From a virus (taxonomy: Monodnaviria > Loebvirae > Hofneiviricota > Faserviricetes > Tubulavirales > Inoviridae), in the IMG/VR virus record IMGVR_UViG_2534681834_000001, positions 1-9,108 of that record: a stretch of 9,108 nucleotides of DNA, one strand, 5' to 3'. The notes beneath the pieces were generated by a model, which worked only from the letters and a program-made list of their open reading frames with translations, did not search any database and was not told where the DNA came from. Below, piece by piece: positions 6,910 through 9,108 of this stretch. The position numbers and the translations under genes are program-made. The stretch's first letter is position 1, and every line of letters starts with the position of its first letter.

Positions 6910-7348
6910 TACAAATTTTAACCAAATGAAGAAAAAAAGACCATGCTTAAAAAAGATGGAAAAAGGAAAAAATAGTTGTTATTGAAAAAGCCAACTGCTT
7001 AGACTGCGAACAATTATCAGAAAGAATAGTTGAAAAAATCAAAGAGACAGAAGCATTAATAGAATGCCCTATTGGAGAACTGGACTTTCAATACATCGTC
7101 ATGAATGAAGCCAAAGCATATGCTATAAGAAAAAGAAAAAGATTTATATTTCAAAGGGTTAGCATATGATTTTGAAGGGGGTGAAAAAGCAGAATGGACA
7201 AGAAATTTAAGGGATGCACTCATATTCGATGATGAAAGAAAAGCAGCAATGATGATAAGGATAATGACATTCCCAAGAATGAATTATGAAATAGTTCCTT
7301 TAATCTACAAAGTAGATCCTCTATTCAAATCTGAAAAATAAAAATTTT

Positions 7349-7375
7349 GGTACGCACAATGGCGTTATGTATAAA
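7349..7375 (+). other. dif-like XerC/XerD site A (phage attP-type, degenerate)
   Basis: GGTACGCACAA-TGGCG-TTATGTATAAA against E. coli dif GGTGCGCATAA-TGTATA-TTATGTTAAAT (from memory): XerC arm 9/11, XerD arm 8/11, 5-nt central region. It lies in inverted orientation to site B on the other side of the hairpin. Confidence 0.5.
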
Positions 7376-7413
7376 AAGGCCGCTGCCGGATGAAAGTCTA
7401 GCAGCGGCCTTTT
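7374..7413. terminator. Perfect 13-bp stem-loop, bidirectional terminator-like; core of the putative attP forked hairpin
   Basis: AAAAGGCCGCTGC (7374-7386), 14-nt loop, GCAGCGGCCTTTT (7401-7413). A GC-rich stem with a T-run on either strand, about 105 nt downstream of the hipA stop, so it likely terminates hipBA transcripts and plus-strand transcripts from the phage side. Confidence 0.6.
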
Positions 7414-7443
7414 CAACATAACGCATACTACATTATGCGCACC
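7411..7443 (-). other. dif-like XerCD recombination site B (host-type XerC arm; putative prophage-chromosome junction at dif)
   Basis: Minus strand reads GGTGCGCATAA-TGTAGTATGCG-TTATGTTGAAA: the XerC arm is 11/11 to E. coli dif and the first 4 nt of the central region (TGTA) also match, then it diverges; a XerD-like arm (9/11) follows after an 11-nt rather than 6-nt central region. It is about 75-110 bp downstream of the hipA stop, where I recall the chromosomal dif of E. coli K-12 to lie. Confidence 0.6.
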
Positions 7444-7519
7444 AGTATAAACCAAGGAAGAATCCAGTCGTTGGCGGTCATGATTGTCGTGCTCATTAAC
7501 AACGACCAAACCCCATATC

Positions 7520-8842
7520 TCACTTACTACCGTATTCTCGGCTTAACCGTCCATGCAACCTCAACACATTGGTTTCAACTGCCGTCACCACGTTCTCCGG
7601 AAAATCTGTCGGTAATGAAGTCTTCACGTTATCCAGTGCTGCCGGAATCATTCTGGCAAAGTCACTTAGGATTTCATGCATCTGCACTTCCGGGAATCTC
7701 AGCACCTTTGCTGTCGCCAAAAAATGTCGCGGATAAATTTTATCGATTGCCGTTTTTTTGCCTTTGGATGCGTTAAGCCCCATTGCCAGTTTGAGATCGC
7801 TGATGTGTATTCCCGTACCGCCAAGGACCGGAAATGCTGAAATGATGTCGTAAAATGGCGTGAGTCGATAACTGCCGCCAGCCTGAATAAATACGGAGAA
7901 GTTTTTTGCATGGCCATCCGTTGCGCCAATCAACCACTGGAAGACCTGGAATTTCATAAAATCATAACGATCGCGAAGCGCCTCGCTGGACCCCATCAAA
8001 AACGCCATGATCCGCGCGATGCCTGGGCCTCCATCTGATTCATATTTCACAGATGAAGGTAAACCGAATGTCTGACACATATCCTCCTGTGGCAAGCGAA
8101 GTAAAACCGTTCGCTCAGTATTCCAACGCCTGTCAAAACGTTCGACCGCTAACGCGCGCACCCTTCCCGCTTTAATGATTTCTGCGTCCGGAACATTCAA
8201 CCCAAGTTCTTTCGCCAGCAGCAGACAGTAATACTCATTATCAACGCTTTGGCTGAGATCGAGCGTCGCATTGGGCTGCCTGATTTCGCCAATCGGTAAT
8301 TTAATGATGTGCGTCGTCGGCGTTATTCCTTTCGGAATGCACCAGTCATTGCCTATTCTAAGCAGCGCTGTCTTCTCCTGCGCGCCAGCAACCGAGATGC
8401 GAAAGTCATTTTCTTCTCTAATCATGCCCAGAGGGATATCTGCTTTATAAGCCGTTAATACTTCTTCAAGCCTGGCTTCAGTAAGCTTTTCCCATGCCAT
8501 TATCGGGCGCGTTATGGTTTCATTTTCGGGTAATAACGTTACGGCACCAACGCTGTCTCGCCCTATTTCTGACAATAAATCAAACGGTTGTCTGGATTTA
8601 GCATGATAACGTTTAACGATCCGGTCACGTACAATCGGGCTATCGGGTAACAGGTTATCGAAGAAGTTAAATACGGCATCTGAGGTGATATTCCCCCTCT
8701 GCAATGGCAGCGAAAGTGACAACGGTCTGGCATAACGGCTGGCTAACCACTCCGGTGCATACTTAAAGGTGTGCGCGCCGTTGGCTAACTTCGTTAACTC
8801 GCCTACCCGCTGGTTGTTCATCCAAGTGACAAGTTTAGGCAT
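7520..8842 (-). CDS. hipA: HipA serine/threonine kinase toxin of the HipBA toxin-antitoxin system
   Basis: The translation from MPKLVTWMNNQRVGELTKLANGAHTFKYAPEWLAS… to …LRLHGRLSREYGSK matches E. coli HipA (440 aa) as I recall it. The track ORF is extended upstream to an out-of-context start; the real ATG at 8840-8842 overlaps the hipB stop by 1 nt. Confidence 0.97.
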   Translation of the reverse strand: MPKLVTWMNNQRVGELTKLANGAHTFKYAPEWLASRYARPLSLSLPLQRGNITSDAVFNFFDNLLPDSPIVRDRIVKRYHAKSRQPFDLLSEIGRDSVGAVTLLPENETITRPIMAWEKLTEARLEEVLTAYKADIPLGMIREENDFRISVAGAQEKTALLRIGNDWCIPKGITPTTHIIKLPIGEIRQPNATLDLSQSVDNEYYCLLLAKELGLNVPDAEIIKAGRVRALAVERFDRRWNTERTVLLRLPQEDMCQTFGLPSSVKYESDGGPGIARIMAFLMGSSEALRDRYDFMKFQVFQWLIGATDGHAKNFSVFIQAGGSYRLTPFYDIISAFPVLGGTGIHISDLKLAMGLNASKGKKTAIDKIYPRHFLATAKVLRFPEVQMHEILSDFARMIPAALDNVKTSLPTDFPENVVTAVETNVLRLHGRLSREYGSK

Positions 8843-9108
8843 TACCACTCCAGATCTTGCTGTTCTGTTGATTCTGGCGAGGCATTTTTCGTGTCGCATA
8901 GTGTCATTGAGAGTTCAAGCGACTGTAAAATCTTAAAAAATGTCGTGAGCGTGGTATTGTCAGGGTTGTTTTCGAAATTGGAAATTGTCGCCTGCTTAAT
9001 GCCAATTTTTTTCGCCAGCTCGCTCTGCGTCCAGCCATTTTGCTGGCGAACCAGTTTCATTGCATTCGCTAATTGCGTTGGGCTATAGATCTTCTGAAAG
9101 CTCATCAT
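8842..9108 (-). CDS. hipB: HipB antitoxin / HTH autorepressor of hipBA
   Basis: The 88-aa translation MMSFQKIYSPTQLANAMKLVRQQNGWTQSELAKKIGIKQATISNFENNPDNTTLTTFFKILQSLELSMTL… matches E. coli HipB. The start codon is the final triplet of the window, so the promoter and operators are outside it. Confidence 0.97.
   Translation of the reverse strand: MMSFQKIYSPTQLANAMKLVRQQNGWTQSELAKKIGIKQATISNFENNPDNTTLTTFFKILQSLELSMTLCDTKNASPESTEQQDLEW

Larger units (their letters stand above)
1..7447 (-). mobile_element. Integrated filamentous (Inoviridae-like) prophage, probable XerCD/dif-integrating element (IMEX); left end truncated by the window
   Basis: Contiguous minus-strand module with the Ff gene order pII-pV-small-pVIII-pIII-pVI-pI-pIV, tight or overlapping gene junctions, and a terminator after pVIII. 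It is visibly more AT-rich than flanking hipBA and ends at inverted dif-like sites 70-110 bp from the hipA stop. No second dif-like junction is visible in 1-190, so the element probably extends past the left edge. Confidence 0.8.

Noticed and set aside
7063-7341. Apparent open frame of about 80-90 codons on the plus strand in the AT-rich region
   Set aside because: Absent from the supplied six-frame track even though it would exceed the apparent ~60-aa cutoff, so I probably misread a homopolymer run. Left as noncoding, but flagged in the findings for recomputation.
7321-7509. 62-aa minus-strand ORF spanning the dif-like sites and the hairpin
   Set aside because: It reads through the palindromic att/terminator structure between hipA and the prophage; the region is better explained as a recombination site and terminator.
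7435-7929. ORFs 7435-7776 (plus) and 7699-7929 (minus)
   Set aside because: Both lie within or antisense to hipA, which is confidently identified in another frame.
7520-8842. Possible high-persistence hipA alleles (for example hipA7-type substitutions)
   Set aside because: Residue 22 is Gly as in wild type by my count, but I cannot reliably count to the second hipA7 position by eye, so no claim is made.
8891-9088. 65-aa plus-strand ORF
   Set aside because: Antisense to hipB.
1-9108. CRISPR arrays, tRNA/rRNA genes, IS elements or transposase genes
   Set aside because: No regularly spaced direct repeats, no tRNA-like cloverleaf regions and no transposase-like ORFs were seen. The only mobile element supported is the filamentous prophage.

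Overview
The window is a host/prophage junction in what is almost certainly Escherichia coli. The right end (7520-9108, minus strand) carries the hipBA toxin-antitoxin operon: HipB is complete and its start codon is the last three bases of the window, and the hipB stop overlaps the hipA start by one base (TAATG). Most of the rest (about 1-7447) is an AT-rich integrated filamentous (Inoviridae-like) prophage with the classical Ff gene order, all on the minus strand: replication initiator pII, ssDNA-binding pV, a small membrane protein at the pVII/pIX position, major coat pVIII followed by a strong intrinsic terminator, adsorption protein pIII, pVI, Zot-like assembly ATPase pI and secretin pIV. 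Upstream of pII there is a divergently transcribed HTH regulator (plus strand) with a hexamer-repeat-rich intergenic region, in an arrangement reminiscent of the CTXphi RS module. Between the regulator and hipA lies an AT-rich region with no long ORF in the track, ending in a roughly 100-nt imperfect palindrome (7347-7447). That palindrome consists of two inverted dif-like XerC/XerD sites flanking a perfect 13-bp hairpin, and the hipA-proximal site carries a perfect E. coli dif XerC arm. I read this as a dif-integrating filamentous phage (IMEX) with a CTXphi-type forked-hairpin attP, inserted at the chromosomal dif site next to hipA; the other junction lies beyond the left edge of the window. 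All protein identifications rest on my reading of the supplied translations and recollection of family sequences, not on database searches. Motif coordinates I derived by hand may be off by 1-2 nt.
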